64,000 bases of DNA from an uncultured Microbacterium sp. GTDB lineage: Bacteria > Actinomycetota > Actinomycetes > Actinomycetales > Microbacteriaceae. A model generated the notes under the pieces. It ran no database searches, was not told where the DNA came from, and was given only the letters and a program-made list of their open reading frames with translations. Position 1 is the first letter of the stretch, and every line of letters begins with the position of its first letter. A program made the translations under genes and the position numbers. Of this stretch, positions 23,387 through 34,689 are shown in pieces. Where the stretch lies: contig NZ_CANKZA010000005.1 of assembly GCF_947488465.1 (NCBI RefSeq), positions 99,762 through 163,761 on the forward strand, read 5' to 3'.

Positions 23387-25378
23387 TTGCAGACCGATCA
23401 ACGCCCACATGCCGTCGCGCCAGCATCCCATCCTGTCGACGGGCGACGAATCGTCTTCTACCTGCTTCACGACAGCCGTGGCGAGGTCGACGACTACATC
23501 GTCTACAAGCTCGCCGAGCTGCGACCCTTCGTCGACCACATCTTCGTGGTCGTCAACGGCGATCTGACCGACGCAGGTCGAGAGCGACTCGACGGCGTCG
23601 CCGACACGGTGTGGGTCCGCGAGAACGTCGGGTTCGACGTGTGGGGCTATAAGACCGCCATGGAGCACTTCGGAGCGGAACGCCTCGCGGAGTTCGATGA
23701 AGTCATCCTGATGAACTACACGTGGTTCGGTCCCGTGCGGCCATTCGCGGACCTCTTCGATCGCATGAATGTCGAACCCGTCGACTTCTGGGGCATGACC
23801 GATCACGCGGAGATCGTGCCCAACCCCTTCACCAAGGAAGGGGTGCTGCACCGGCACCTGCAGTCGCACTGGATCGCCGTCCGCAAGCCGATGTTCTCGA
23901 GCGCCGCATGGCGCGAGTACTGGTCGACGATGCCGATGATCGAGACCTACACCGACTCGATCCTCAAGCACGAGTCGAAGTTCACGCATCACTTCGAGGA
24001 GCGTGGATTCAGCTCGGCCGTCGCCTTCTCAGAGGCCGACTATCCCGCCGAACACCCCGCGCTCATCAACGCGGACCTGCTGCTCGACGATGGCTGCCCG
24101 GTGTTGAAACGCCGCGGGTTCTTCCACTACCCGCCGTATCTCGACCAGCACGCGGTGATCGGACGCTGGACGATCGAGCGCGCCGAGCATTACGGCTACC
24201 CCGTGCGGATGATCTACCAGAACATCGTCCGCAATGCCCAGCCCCGCGCGTTGTACACCGACGCGGCGATGCACGAGATCCTCCCCGACGTCGATGTCGC
24301 CTTCGACGCGGAGAACCCGCCGACGCTCGCGGCAATCGTCCACATCTACTACGAAGAGATGACCGACGAGCTGATGGACCGGCTGGTCATGCTGCCGGTG
24401 CCGATGGACCTCTTCATCACGACGACGAGCGCCGAGAAAGCCGACGCGATCCGGTCGGTCCTGGAGCGGCGTGGGGACCGCAACTTCTCGAACGTCGACA
24501 TCCGGATCCTTCCGTCGAACCGTGGACGCGATCTCAGCGCGTTCTTCATCGCGTGCCGTGACGTCCTCGAACCCGGTCGCTACGACCTCGTCGTCAAGAT
24601 CCACTCGAAGCAGACGGTGCAGGGGTCGTTCAACTCGGGGCGGTACTTCAAGCTTCAGCAGTTGGACAACGTGCTGAACTCGCCCGGATACGCGGCCAAC
24701 GCCCTCGCACTGTTCCAGAAGGAACCAGGCCTCGGCCTGGTGTTCCCGCCGATGATCCACATCGGGTTCCCGACCATGGGGCGCGGCTGGTACGCGAACA
24801 AGGCCCCCGCCGAGGCGCTCGCCAAAGAGCTGGGGATCCGCGTTCCGTTCGACGACATCTCTCCGCTCGCACCGTACGGGTGCATGTGGATCGCCCGCCC
24901 GGAGGCGTTGCGACTCATGGTGGAGCGGGAGTGGAAGTACAACGAGTACGCCGCTCCGAACAAGCACTTCGACGGCAGCCTCGCTCACGTGCAAGAGCGC
25001 ATCGTCGGCTACGCGGCGGCCGAACTCGGCTACCACGTTCGGACGATCTCATCGGCCGAGCACGCCAGCATCAGCCATACAGCGCTCGAGTTCAAGCTCG
25101 ATCAGATGGGCGCGACCATGCCCGGCTACGCGATCGACCAGATTCAGTTCCTGCATCGCGCGGGATGGCTGGGTCATGGCGGAATCGTCGCGCTCACGCG
25201 GGTGTACCTGAAGCTCAACCACCCGAGAGTGGCGAAACTCCTCGGCCCGCTCGACCGGCCTGCGCGCTTCGCCCATCATCAACTCTGGAAGCTCCGTCAC
25301 CCCGAGTCGTGGAAGCGGAACAACCCAGAGGAGGTGGAGGGTGATATCGCTGAAGGAGAGCTTCGACCCGCGCAATAA
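23387..25378 (+). CDS. rhamnan synthesis protein F (RgpF)-like two-domain rhamnosyltransferase
   Basis: TTG start preceded by AAAGAGGAG. VRENVGFDVWGYK in the N-terminal half and IVHIYYEEM...LPSNRGRDLSAF in the C-terminal half. Confidence 0.8.
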   Translation: MQTDQRPHAVAPASHPVDGRRIVFYLLHDSRGEVDDYIVYKLAELRPFVDHIFVVVNGDLTDAGRERLDGVADTVWVRENVGFDVWGYKTAMEHFGAERLAEFDEVILMNYTWFGPVRPFADLFDRMNVEPVDFWGMTDHAEIVPNPFTKEGVLHRHLQSHWIAVRKPMFSSAAWREYWSTMPMIETYTDSILKHESKFTHHFEERGFSSAVAFSEADYPAEHPALINADLLLDDGCPVLKRRGFFHYPPYLDQHAVIGRWTIERAEHYGYPVRMIYQNIVRNAQPRALYTDAAMHEILPDVDVAFDAENPPTLAAIVHIYYEEMTDELMDRLVMLPVPMDLFITTTSAEKADAIRSVLERRGDRNFSNVDIRILPSNRGRDLSAFFIACRDVLEPGRYDLVVKIHSKQTVQGSFNSGRYFKLQQLDNVLNSPGYAANALALFQKEPGLGLVFPPMIHIGFPTMGRGWYANKAPAEALAKELGIRVPFDDISPLAPYGCMWIARPEALRLMVEREWKYNEYAAPNKHFDGSLAHVQERIVGYAAAELGYHVRTISSAEHASISHTALEFKLDQMGATMPGYAIDQIQFLHRAGWLGHGGIVALTRVYLKLNHPRVAKLLGPLDRPARFAHHQLWKLRHPESWKRNNPEEVEGDIAEGELRPAQ

Positions 25379-26549
25379 CAGCATCGGGTTCCTTCGGTGG
25401 CTCATGGCCTTCATGGTCATCTTCTCGCACGCGGGCCCGTTGGCAGGGTTCTACGGTGGGCACGACCTCGGAACCCAGATCAGTGATGAGCAATCATTGG
25501 GCGGCGTCGCGGTCGCGGGATTCTTCTTCTTGTCGGGTTTCCTCATCACGAAGAGCAAGATGGGGCGCGCGTCGACGCCGCGGTTCTTCTGGCGTCGCAT
25601 CATGCGAATCTTCCCGGGGTGGTTCCTCGTTCTGATCGTGACGGCCTACGCGCTGGCTCCGATTGCCTACTACCGCGAGAGCGGCACCATGGACGGGTTC
25701 TGGAACGCGACGAGCGAGTCCCCGTTCACCTACTTCTCCAACAACATGTGGCTTCCGCTCGTGCAGCACAACATCGCCGGAATGGGCGAGAGCCTGCCGT
25801 TCTTCCAGATCCACGGTGGCTTCGAATGGAACGGCTCGGCCTGGACGCTCGCGTTCGAGTTCGGCGCCTACATCCTCGTCGGAGTTCTGGGTATCGCCGG
25901 TGCGCTCGCCCATCGCATGATCGGTGGCATCATCGCGTCGGCCATCATCCTGCTCGCGATGATGCAGTGGTTCGGGTTCGGGAACCTGGGCGTGTTCGGC
26001 ATCGTGTTCGCCGACTTCCGTCAGCTTCTCCTGCTCGCGCCGTTCGCGTTCGGCATCCTCTTCGCCCTTTTCGGCGACCGCATACCCATTGACAACCGCC
26101 TCGCGATCGTGTGCATCTTCGTCGCCGGCTGGACCTACGCCAAGGGCGGATGGCTCCCCTTCGGACAGTACGCGTTCTGCTACGCACTGATCTGGTTCGC
26201 CATCCGCGCGCAGTTCCTCAAGAACTGGGACAAGCACGGCGACTTCTCGTACGGTATCTACATCATCGCGTGGCCCCTCATGCAGTTCGCCGCCTACTTC
26301 AAGCTGCAGGACGCGGGATGGCTCGTCTATCACGTCGTCATCGTCGCCGGATGCCACGCGTACGCCTACCTGAGCTGGCATCTGATCGAGCGGCCGGCGC
26401 TCCAGTTGAAGGACTGGACGCCGCGATGGCTCGAACGCGTGCTCGCTAAGACGGCGCCGGCCCGTGTCCGCGTGATCAGCGCGGTCGATCCGAGTTATCC
26501 GGCTCGGCTCGCCCGCCGCACACCCCAGACGACGGGAGCGCCGTCATGA
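25341..26549 (+). CDS. acyltransferase family 3 (AT3) integral membrane O-acyltransferase, stand-alone
   Basis: FLRWLMAFMVIFSHAG N-terminus and about 10 TM helices. No C-terminal SGNH domain. The GTG start overlaps the RgpF-like 3' end by 38 nt. Confidence 0.85.
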   Translation: MISLKESFDPRNNSIGFLRWLMAFMVIFSHAGPLAGFYGGHDLGTQISDEQSLGGVAVAGFFFLSGFLITKSKMGRASTPRFFWRRIMRIFPGWFLVLIVTAYALAPIAYYRESGTMDGFWNATSESPFTYFSNNMWLPLVQHNIAGMGESLPFFQIHGGFEWNGSAWTLAFEFGAYILVGVLGIAGALAHRMIGGIIASAIILLAMMQWFGFGNLGVFGIVFADFRQLLLLAPFAFGILFALFGDRIPIDNRLAIVCIFVAGWTYAKGGWLPFGQYAFCYALIWFAIRAQFLKNWDKHGDFSYGIYIIAWPLMQFAAYFKLQDAGWLVYHVVIVAGCHAYAYLSWHLIERPALQLKDWTPRWLERVLAKTAPARVRVISAVDPSYPARLARRTPQTTGAPS

Positions 26550-27757
26550 GCGGCTCCGGCGGCGGCGACATCGTCCATGGTGCGGGTGTTCCCACACCTC
26601 CCTGGTGGCGTCCGTTCCGCGACGCTCCCCTGATCGTTCTGGCGATCCTCTCCGTCATCGCCGCCGTGGTCGGCTGGACCGTCCAGGCAAATCTTGACCG
26701 CGCGGCGGCCGCGGTCGCCCCCGTCACGCCCGGCCCGTCGGCCACCGCGGGGGCCGGAGCCGATGCCTGCCGTCCTCCGGTGGCGGGTGGCGCGGGCGAA
26801 CCGTGGATCGACGACGCCTCCGCCGCGGAGCAGACGTGGGCGGACCATGCCGATGACCTTTCCGGTCAGGTTGTGCTGGGCCAGGACGGCTGGGCCTTCT
26901 ACAACGACCAGGTGGAGGAGAACTTCTCCCAAGCCGTCGGGAGACGCCTGCTGACGACAGCCGAAGTCACGGCGTGGCACGACTACTTCGCGCCATTGTC
27001 GGCGGCGCTGGGCGAGCAGGGTATCGAGCTGACGATCCAGGTCACTCCCTCGGCCGCCAGCGTGTACCCCGAGCAGCTCCCGGAGTGGGCGATGCCGTTG
27101 CGCGGCTCGACGACCCTCGATCAGCTGCTGATCGCCGCGCCAGAGCTCCCGATCGTCGACTTCCGCGCGGACCTGCGCGAGGCTGCTGTCGACAATGCGG
27201 TGTTCACCCCGGTCAACAGCCACTGGACCGATTGGGGTGGGTACGTCGGGTGGCAGTCCTATGCGCGCTGCCATGCGGCGATGTACCCGGATGCGCCCGC
27301 TGTCGTCGTTCCCGCGGTCGACGGCGTGGACAGCGAGGGCATCTTCAACGAGTACGCCGCGTTCGGTGTCGCGGATGCTGCTCCGGAGTGGACTGTGCCG
27401 GTGTTCGCTGACGAGATGTCGCCCGTGCAGGTGACCGATGGGGCGTCGAACACCCTCACCGCCGACGGGGGACAGCCGGTCGATCTTTCGCGCCTCCCCG
27501 CCTCGACCGTGACTGACGGCGCGTGGAGTGATCAGAGCGCGCTCATTCTGCGCGACTCGATGGGCAACGCTCTGTCGGGCCTGTGGACGCAGCAGTATTC
27601 GAAGACCTGGCAGATCCAGCACCGCTACGACGACTGGTCCAACCCGCCGAACTATCGTTCGCTCGTGGAGCAGTATGACCCGGATGTCGTCATCATCCAG
27701 CTCGCCGAACGGCACCTGGTCAACGCGCCCGCGCCGGGCGTGACGGCCGGCTACTGA
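26546..27757 (+). CDS. membrane-anchored AlgX/AlgJ (DHHW)-like SGNH-fold protein, probable extracytoplasmic O-acetyltransferase partner
   Basis: ATGA overlap with the AT3 stop. One N-terminal TM helix. PVNSHWTDWGGY resembles the DxHW block and ILRDSMGNAL resembles the GDS(F) block. Confidence 0.6.
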   Translation: MSGSGGGDIVHGAGVPTPPWWRPFRDAPLIVLAILSVIAAVVGWTVQANLDRAAAAVAPVTPGPSATAGAGADACRPPVAGGAGEPWIDDASAAEQTWADHADDLSGQVVLGQDGWAFYNDQVEENFSQAVGRRLLTTAEVTAWHDYFAPLSAALGEQGIELTIQVTPSAASVYPEQLPEWAMPLRGSTTLDQLLIAAPELPIVDFRADLREAAVDNAVFTPVNSHWTDWGGYVGWQSYARCHAAMYPDAPAVVVPAVDGVDSEGIFNEYAAFGVADAAPEWTVPVFADEMSPVQVTDGASNTLTADGGQPVDLSRLPASTVTDGAWSDQSALILRDSMGNALSGLWTQQYSKTWQIQHRYDDWSNPPNYRSLVEQYDPDVVIIQLAERHLVNAPAPGVTAGY

Positions 27758-28608
27758 GCCGCAGGCTCCGCGGCATCGCGTGCCATGACCTCGCGGATGA
27801 TCGTGGCGTCACCCCAGACGCCGGGGGAGTCGTAGGCCCGATCAGGGAACGCGCCGTACTGAAGAGTGAGTCCGAGGGCGTTCTCGGCGATGAACTCCTC
27901 GACCTTCTGCGCGAGGGACATCGGCGTACCGGAGCTGCAATTGAGCGTGCCGGTGATGTCTGCGGCATCGGTCAGTGCGGCGAGCTGACGGCCCAACTCC
28001 TCGACGCGGATGAAGTCGTAGAGGTTCTTTCCCGTCGTGAAGGGAAACTCGGTGCGTCCGGCGTCGGCGGCATCCAGGAGCTTGCGGAAGATGGATTCGC
28101 TTCTCCGGTCATCACCGTAGATGTAATAGGCGCGGGCCCACGCGAGTGAGGTCGTCTCAGAGACCGCAAGTGCCAGCGAGCGTCGCAGGGCCTCCTTGGC
28201 GATGCCGTACTGCGACAGGGGGGCTGTGGGGGTGCTGGCCTCGATGGCGCCCTCCCAGTACCCGACCTCGTGCATGGTGCCGAGAGCAACGATCCGCGGG
28301 ACCCCCCGCTCTGCGAGTCCGGTGAGCAGAGTGAAGTGAGCCGACAGCTGCGACATGTGGGCGGCCGAGTTGTGACGGAACCCGTCCTTCCACGCCAGAT
28401 GCACCACGGCATCGGGGAGAGCGCCCCACACTGCGGGATCGAAGTCGGGAGCGAGGATGTCGGCCTCCGACACGACGGCTCGAGGGTCCAGGCCTTCACC
28501 GCGACCGGGACGCACCGCCGCGACGACGTCGTGGCCTCGGTCAAGCAGCGCGCTCACGACGTGGGGGCCGAGGTATCCGGCGGCTCCCGTGACGACGACA
28601 GTGGACAT
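27751..28608 (-). CDS. short NAD(P)-dependent SDR; candidate dTDP-4-keto-6-deoxyhexose reductase
   Basis: VVVTGAAGYLGPHV Rossmann motif and SQYGIAKEA (YxxxK). 285 aa, the size of RmlD/Tll-type reductases. Confidence 0.7.
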   Translation of the reverse strand: MSTVVVTGAAGYLGPHVVSALLDRGHDVVAAVRPGRGEGLDPRAVVSEADILAPDFDPAVWGALPDAVVHLAWKDGFRHNSAAHMSQLSAHFTLLTGLAERGVPRIVALGTMHEVGYWEGAIEASTPTAPLSQYGIAKEALRRSLALAVSETTSLAWARAYYIYGDDRRSESIFRKLLDAADAGRTEFPFTTGKNLYDFIRVEELGRQLAALTDAADITGTLNCSSGTPMSLAQKVEEFIAENALGLTLQYGAFPDRAYDSPGVWGDATIIREVMARDAAEPAAQ

Positions 28609-28736
28609 CGCGATGTTCCTTTCGCATGCAGTCGCACGAATGGCTCCGAGATCGGGCGGTCACCGACTGCAAGGGTTGCTTCACCGAGGGTACCGAGCCT
28701 TGCCCCCCGCGCCGAATTCGCCCAGGGTCGACCCGG

Positions 28737-28742
28737 TATAGT
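28737..28742 (+). promoter_or_regulatory. possible -10 box (TATAGT) for the first ABC exporter operon
   Basis: TATAGT lies 21 nt upstream of GTG 28764, in a 155-nt divergent spacer. No convincing -35 box. Confidence 0.25.
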
Positions 28743-28763
28743 GTTCCAGTTGGCTGAACGTAG

Positions 28764-29684
28764 GTGGAGCATTTGGATACGACGGAGCGGTTCGCCCGAC
28801 TTGCCGAGACCCCGTTCATCACGACGAACGCGCGGGGTCTGGACCTTCCGGTCCGAGGGGGCAAAGTCCGCGAGATCTGGGACCGACGTGATCTCCTCGG
28901 CCTTCTCGTTCGTCGAGATCTTCAAGCGCGCTACCGCGACAGTGTGCTGGGCTTCTTCTGGACGCTGATCCGCCCGATCGTCCAGTTCCTCATGTACTAC
29001 CTCGTCCTGGGCCAGTTCTTGCGCGCAGCCGAAGGGGTTCCGCAGTTCGCGATCTTCCTCTTCGCGGGGCTCACGATCTACAGCTTCTTCGCGGAGGCGG
29101 TGCAGGGGTCGACGTCGTCGATCCTCGCGAACGCGGGCCTCGTGAAGAAGATCTATCTCCCGCGTGAGATCTTTCCGCTGGCCAGTGTCGGCGCGGCGGG
29201 ATTCATGTTCCTGGTGCAGTGCGTGGTCCTGCTCGGGGGCGCGATCATCTTCCGAGCGCTGCCTGCTCCGGTGGACATGCTGTGGTTCTTCCCGGCGGTG
29301 CTGCTGATCCTCGTCTACGGCTTGGCCTTCGGCATCCTCCTCTCGGCACTCAACGTCTACCTCCGCGACGTCCAGTACGTGACCGACGTGGTCATGATGC
29401 TCGCGATGTGGGGGTCGCCCATCGTGTATGCCTGGACGATGGTCAGCGACGCGTTCCGTACTCTCGGACTGCCCGCGTGGGCACTCGAGGTGTACACGAA
29501 CAATCCGATCACCCTCGGTGTCCTTGGCTTCCGGAAGGCTTTCTGGGGAGCGGGAACCGGCGCCGACTACCCCGATGACCTCCTCCTGCGGATGCTGATC
29601 GCCGGCATCATCGGTCTCGTTTTGCTGTTCATCTCGCATCGTGTGTTCACTCGCCTGCAGGGCAACTTCGCGCAGGAGATGTGA
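28764..29684 (+). CDS. ABC-2 type polysaccharide/teichoic acid export permease (Wzm/TagG-like)
   Basis: LLVRRDLQARYRDSVLGFFWTLIRP signature and 6 TM helices. Confidence 0.85.
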   Translation: MEHLDTTERFARLAETPFITTNARGLDLPVRGGKVREIWDRRDLLGLLVRRDLQARYRDSVLGFFWTLIRPIVQFLMYYLVLGQFLRAAEGVPQFAIFLFAGLTIYSFFAEAVQGSTSSILANAGLVKKIYLPREIFPLASVGAAGFMFLVQCVVLLGGAIIFRALPAPVDMLWFFPAVLLILVYGLAFGILLSALNVYLRDVQYVTDVVMMLAMWGSPIVYAWTMVSDAFRTLGLPAWALEVYTNNPITLGVLGFRKAFWGAGTGADYPDDLLLRMLIAGIIGLVLLFISHRVFTRLQGNFAQEM

Positions 29685-30877
29685 TGGTCGTTTCACCCCA
29701 GCCAGGTCCCGTCGTCGTGCGCGCTGACGGCGTGACGAAGCAGTTCACCGTCCGAAAGGACAACACCCTCAAAGAGCGGATCGTGCACGCCGGACGACGC
29801 GGGCGTAGCCACAAGCAGGAGTACGTCGCCGTCGATGGAGTCGACCTCGAGATCCACGCGGGAACGACCGTCGGACTCCTCGGGCCCAACGGTTCGGGGA
29901 AGAGTACGCTTCTCAAGCTCATCGGAGGCATCGTCTCTCCCACCGAGGGGCAGATCCTCACCCGCGGGCGCATGGCCGCCCTGCTCGAGCTCGGCGCCGG
30001 CTTCCACCCCGACCTGAGCGGGCGCGAGAACGTGTATCTCAATGCCTCGATCATGGGAATGACGCGATCCGAGACAACCGCGCGTTTCGAGGAGATTCTC
30101 GAGTTCAGCGGGATCGGCGACTTCATCGACACCCAGGTCAAGTTCTACTCATCGGGGATGTTCGTTCGTCTCGCTTTCGCCGTGGCGGTCCATACCGACC
30201 CCGACGTCTTGCTGGTTGACGAAGTCTTGGCCGTGGGCGATGAGGCGTTCCAGCGCAAGTGCATGGAACGGATCGCGCGCTTCCGAAAGGAGGGTCGCAC
30301 GATCATCCTGGTGTCGCACTCCGCCGCTCAGGTGCAGGAACTGTGCGATCGCGGCATCGTCCTCAAGGACGGCAAGATGGTGTTCGACGGCGACGTGAAC
30401 GAGGCTGTGTCGGCGCTGCGAGATGTGCTCGAAGGACGTCGCGTCGGCGAGAAGCCTCCGCCCGAACCGGTGAAGCCGATCGAGGTCACCCGGATCGAGG
30501 TGCTGGGCGAAGACGGCAAGCGCATCAAGAACGTTCAGGTCGGTGCGCGCATGTGCATCAGGGTGCACGTGCGGGCGAAGCAGGCCATGCCGACCTGGGC
30601 GACGGGATTCAGCATCGACACACCGATGGGTCAGATGGTCCTCGCCTCGAACACGGAGCGTCTCGGCATCGAACTCCCCGCGATCCCCGTCGGCGACTCG
30701 TCGATGGACTTCATCATCGAGTCTGCGAACTTCGGCGCCGGCCAGTATTTCGTCAACGCCAATGTGTCGGAGGTCATCGACATCGACACGCACGTCCTCA
30801 TGCAGGGCGCGCGCTTCACGATGAAGGGCAACAGCCGCAACTTGGGCACCGTCGCTGCCTCCATCGTCGCGTCGTGA
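29681..30877 (+). CDS. polysaccharide export ABC ATPase with C-terminal Wzt_C-like carbohydrate-binding extension
   Basis: Walker A GPNGSGKST, signature YSSGM, Walker B LLVDEVLAVGD, plus about 150 extra C-terminal residues. Start/stop overlaps the permease gene. Confidence 0.9.
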   Translation: MMVVSPQPGPVVVRADGVTKQFTVRKDNTLKERIVHAGRRGRSHKQEYVAVDGVDLEIHAGTTVGLLGPNGSGKSTLLKLIGGIVSPTEGQILTRGRMAALLELGAGFHPDLSGRENVYLNASIMGMTRSETTARFEEILEFSGIGDFIDTQVKFYSSGMFVRLAFAVAVHTDPDVLLVDEVLAVGDEAFQRKCMERIARFRKEGRTIILVSHSAAQVQELCDRGIVLKDGKMVFDGDVNEAVSALRDVLEGRRVGEKPPPEPVKPIEVTRIEVLGEDGKRIKNVQVGARMCIRVHVRAKQAMPTWATGFSIDTPMGQMVLASNTERLGIELPAIPVGDSSMDFIIESANFGAGQYFVNANVSEVIDIDTHVLMQGARFTMKGNSRNLGTVAASIVAS

Positions 30878-30887
30878 ACGGCACGCT

Positions 30888-31895
30888 GTGACCGCTCACC
30901 CCATCGCTCCGACGGTCTCGATCATCGTCCCGGTCTACAACGCGGAGCGATATCTGGGCGCCTGTGTGGCGTCGATCCTCGAGCAGGACTATCGCGACAT
31001 CGAGGTCATCCTGGTGGACGACGGTTCGACCGACGCCTCGGGCGCGCTCTGCGACGGCTTCGCCGCCGCCGACGATCGAGTGATCGTCGTCCACCGCGAC
31101 AACGGGGGCATCGCCGCGGCCCAGAACAGCGGTCTCGACGCGGCGACCGGCGAGTTCGTCACGTTCTGCGATAACGACGATCTCATGAGCTCACGCATGA
31201 TCGGGCGCCTCGTCGAGATCCTCGAAGCCACGAACGCCGACATGAGTTGTTGCCGGTGGCACAACGTGGGCGCGAGTGTCGCAGCATCCGTTCGCGACTC
31301 GCACGTGGGGGAGCAGCCGGGCAGCTATACCTCGTTCGGACAGCCGGGCACGTACTACCAAGTCGTCTTCAGCGTGTTCCTGCGCACGCTCCTGCGGCGC
31401 GAGCTGTACTACTTCAGTGAAGCCAACTGGGGCAAGCTCTACCGTCGTTCGCTCTTCGACGGCATCCGCTTCCCGGAGGGCCGCTATGCGCAGGACGTCG
31501 CCGTGGCGATGGACCTCTACCGGCGGATGAACCTCGTCGCGTCCTGCGACGACAGGCTCTACTACTGGCTCCAGCGCCCGGACAGCGTCTCCCACAACCT
31601 TCGCTCGACGCGGTACTACCACGACATCGTCCGCGCGCACGGACGTTGCTTCGAGCTCGCCCGTGAGGACGGCATTCTCCCGGCTCGTGCGTACTTCGGT
31701 CTTCGTGCGATCGCGTTCGAGAAGCGCAGCATCCGCTCGACGGCGGATCAGGAGATGTACGACGAGGACCGCCGCTACGTTACCGAGCTCCTCTCGTCGC
31801 TCTCCCCGTGGCAGCGCCTCCGGTGTGCGGTACTGCACGGACTGCGGTTCCTCGAGGTGCAGGTCTACAACCGCACGATCCACCGTCGCGCATGA
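30888..31895 (+). CDS. glycosyltransferase family 2
   Basis: VSIIVPVYNAERYL, VDDGSTD and FCDNDD (DxD) motifs. Confidence 0.85.
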   Translation: MTAHPIAPTVSIIVPVYNAERYLGACVASILEQDYRDIEVILVDDGSTDASGALCDGFAAADDRVIVVHRDNGGIAAAQNSGLDAATGEFVTFCDNDDLMSSRMIGRLVEILEATNADMSCCRWHNVGASVAASVRDSHVGEQPGSYTSFGQPGTYYQVVFSVFLRTLLRRELYYFSEANWGKLYRRSLFDGIRFPEGRYAQDVAVAMDLYRRMNLVASCDDRLYYWLQRPDSVSHNLRSTRYYHDIVRAHGRCFELAREDGILPARAYFGLRAIAFEKRSIRSTADQEMYDEDRRYVTELLSSLSPWQRLRCAVLHGLRFLEVQVYNRTIHRRA

Positions 31896-31914
31896 GGCGC
31901 GACCGAGCGCCTAG

Positions 31915-33084
<1,170 letters not shown>

Positions 33085-33166
33085 GGGTGCTCCCGGAGGC
33101 CCGGACGCGGGTCGGGTAGACTTCATCGGGCGCGAGAAGACGCCCGAATCACCGAGGAGTACTCGC

Positions 33167-34195
33167 TTGTCAAGACGGACCATCAGCGTCGTCATCCCCA
33201 GCTACAACGAAGAGCGCAGCGTTCAGGAGATGGTCGACCGGCTCAGCGCGGTCTTCCGCAACGATCTCCCGCAGTACGACTACGAGATCATCTTCGTCGA
33301 CGACTACTCCACCGATGGCACCCGCGCCGAAATCCGCCGCATCGCCGCGGAAGACGCACGCGTCAAGGCCGTCTTCAATGCCCGCAACTTCGGCTTCCAC
33401 CGCAACGTCTTCTCCGCGCTCACATACGGCAGCGGTGACGCGACCTTTATGCTGTTCGGCGACCTCCAGGACCCGCCCGAGAACCTCCCGGAGTTCGTGC
33501 GGGCATGGGAGTCGGGCAAGCAGGTCGTGATCGGACAGCGTCGCAGTAGTGACGAGGGGTTCGTCATGACCGGGCTGCGGCATCTGTACTACGCCGTGAT
33601 CCGTTGGTTCTCCGACACCACTCAGATTCCGCGCTTCACCGGCTACGGCCTGTACGACCGCGAATTCGTGCGTGTGCTCGAGAGCATCGATGACATCCAG
33701 CCCTTCTTCAAGGCCGTCGTCGCCGAGTACGGGCTGAACGTCGAGATCATCCAGTACGACCAGGGCAAGAGTGCGCGGGGCAAGTCGAACTTCAACTTCC
33801 TCCGCAATTACGACTTCGCGATGCAGGGCATCACCTCGTCGACGAAGCTGCTCATGCGCCTGGCGACGTTCATCGCTGCCGTGATCGCGTTCATCTGCCT
33901 CGGGCTCGCCGTCTTCGTGCTCATCAACAAGCTCGTCGATTGGAACAGCTATCAGGCCGGCGAAGCATCGACGACCGTGGGCATCTTCTTCCTCGGCGCC
34001 GTGCAGCTGTTCTTCATCGGTGTCTTGGGCGAGTACATCCTGAGCATCAACAGCAGGGTTACCGCCAAGCCCCGGGTTGTGGTCGGCGAGCGCGTGAACT
34101 TCGGCACGCCCGCGCCGGCATCGCCCGTTCTCCTCGAAGAGCGGGACGTCGTCGTCGAGGCGTCGAAGGATGACCCGCTCGAGAAGCACCAATGA
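33167..34195 (+). CDS. GT2 polyprenyl-phosphate glycosyltransferase (GtrB/DPM1-like) with two C-terminal TM helices
   Basis: TTG start. ISVVIPSYNEE, VDDYSTDGT and GDLQDPPE motifs, with a C-terminal membrane hairpin. Confidence 0.85.
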   Translation: MSRRTISVVIPSYNEERSVQEMVDRLSAVFRNDLPQYDYEIIFVDDYSTDGTRAEIRRIAAEDARVKAVFNARNFGFHRNVFSALTYGSGDATFMLFGDLQDPPENLPEFVRAWESGKQVVIGQRRSSDEGFVMTGLRHLYYAVIRWFSDTTQIPRFTGYGLYDREFVRVLESIDDIQPFFKAVVAEYGLNVEIIQYDQGKSARGKSNFNFLRNYDFAMQGITSSTKLLMRLATFIAAVIAFICLGLAVFVLINKLVDWNSYQAGEASTTVGIFFLGAVQLFFIGVLGEYILSINSRVTAKPRVVVGERVNFGTPAPASPVLLEERDVVVEASKDDPLEKHQ

Positions 34196-34689
34196 CGGCG
34201 CGCGCCGACAGTACGATCTCCGGCGAGGGACGCCTGCGTCGACTGTTCTGGCAGTTCGCCCGGTTCCTCGTCGTCGGACTGGTGTCGTTCGCCTTCGACT
34301 ACGGGCTGTTCTTCATCCTGTTCCAGTACTTCGGTGTGCAGTACATCGTCGCCAGCACGATCTCCTTCTCGCTGTCGCTCGTGTTGAATTACTTCCTCAC
34401 ACTGAAATTCGTCTTCGAAGCCAAGCCGGATCGCAATGTCGTGGCGGAGTTCGCCATCTACATCGGGCTGAACATCATCGCTCTCGGACTCAACCAGCTC
34501 ATCCTGTTCGCGACGGTGGACGGGTTGGGCATCGACCCGCTCGTCGGCAAGCTCATCGCGACGGCTGTCGTCTTGGTCTACAACTTCATCTCCCGCAAAC
34601 TTCTCATCGAGCGCTCACGCGGCGCGCGCCCGGCCGCGGTTCGGGATGATGAGAGTGGATCACCGGAAACAGGCGGTATCACGTCATGA
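34192..34689 (+). CDS. GtrA-family small membrane protein (putative polyprenyl-phosphate-sugar flippase)
   Basis: ATGA overlap upstream. FARFLVVGLVSFAFDYGLFF N-terminus and 4 TM helices. Confidence 0.85.
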   Translation: MTARADSTISGEGRLRRLFWQFARFLVVGLVSFAFDYGLFFILFQYFGVQYIVASTISFSLSLVLNYFLTLKFVFEAKPDRNVVAEFAIYIGLNIIALGLNQLILFATVDGLGIDPLVGKLIATAVVLVYNFISRKLLIERSRGARPAAVRDDESGSPETGGITS

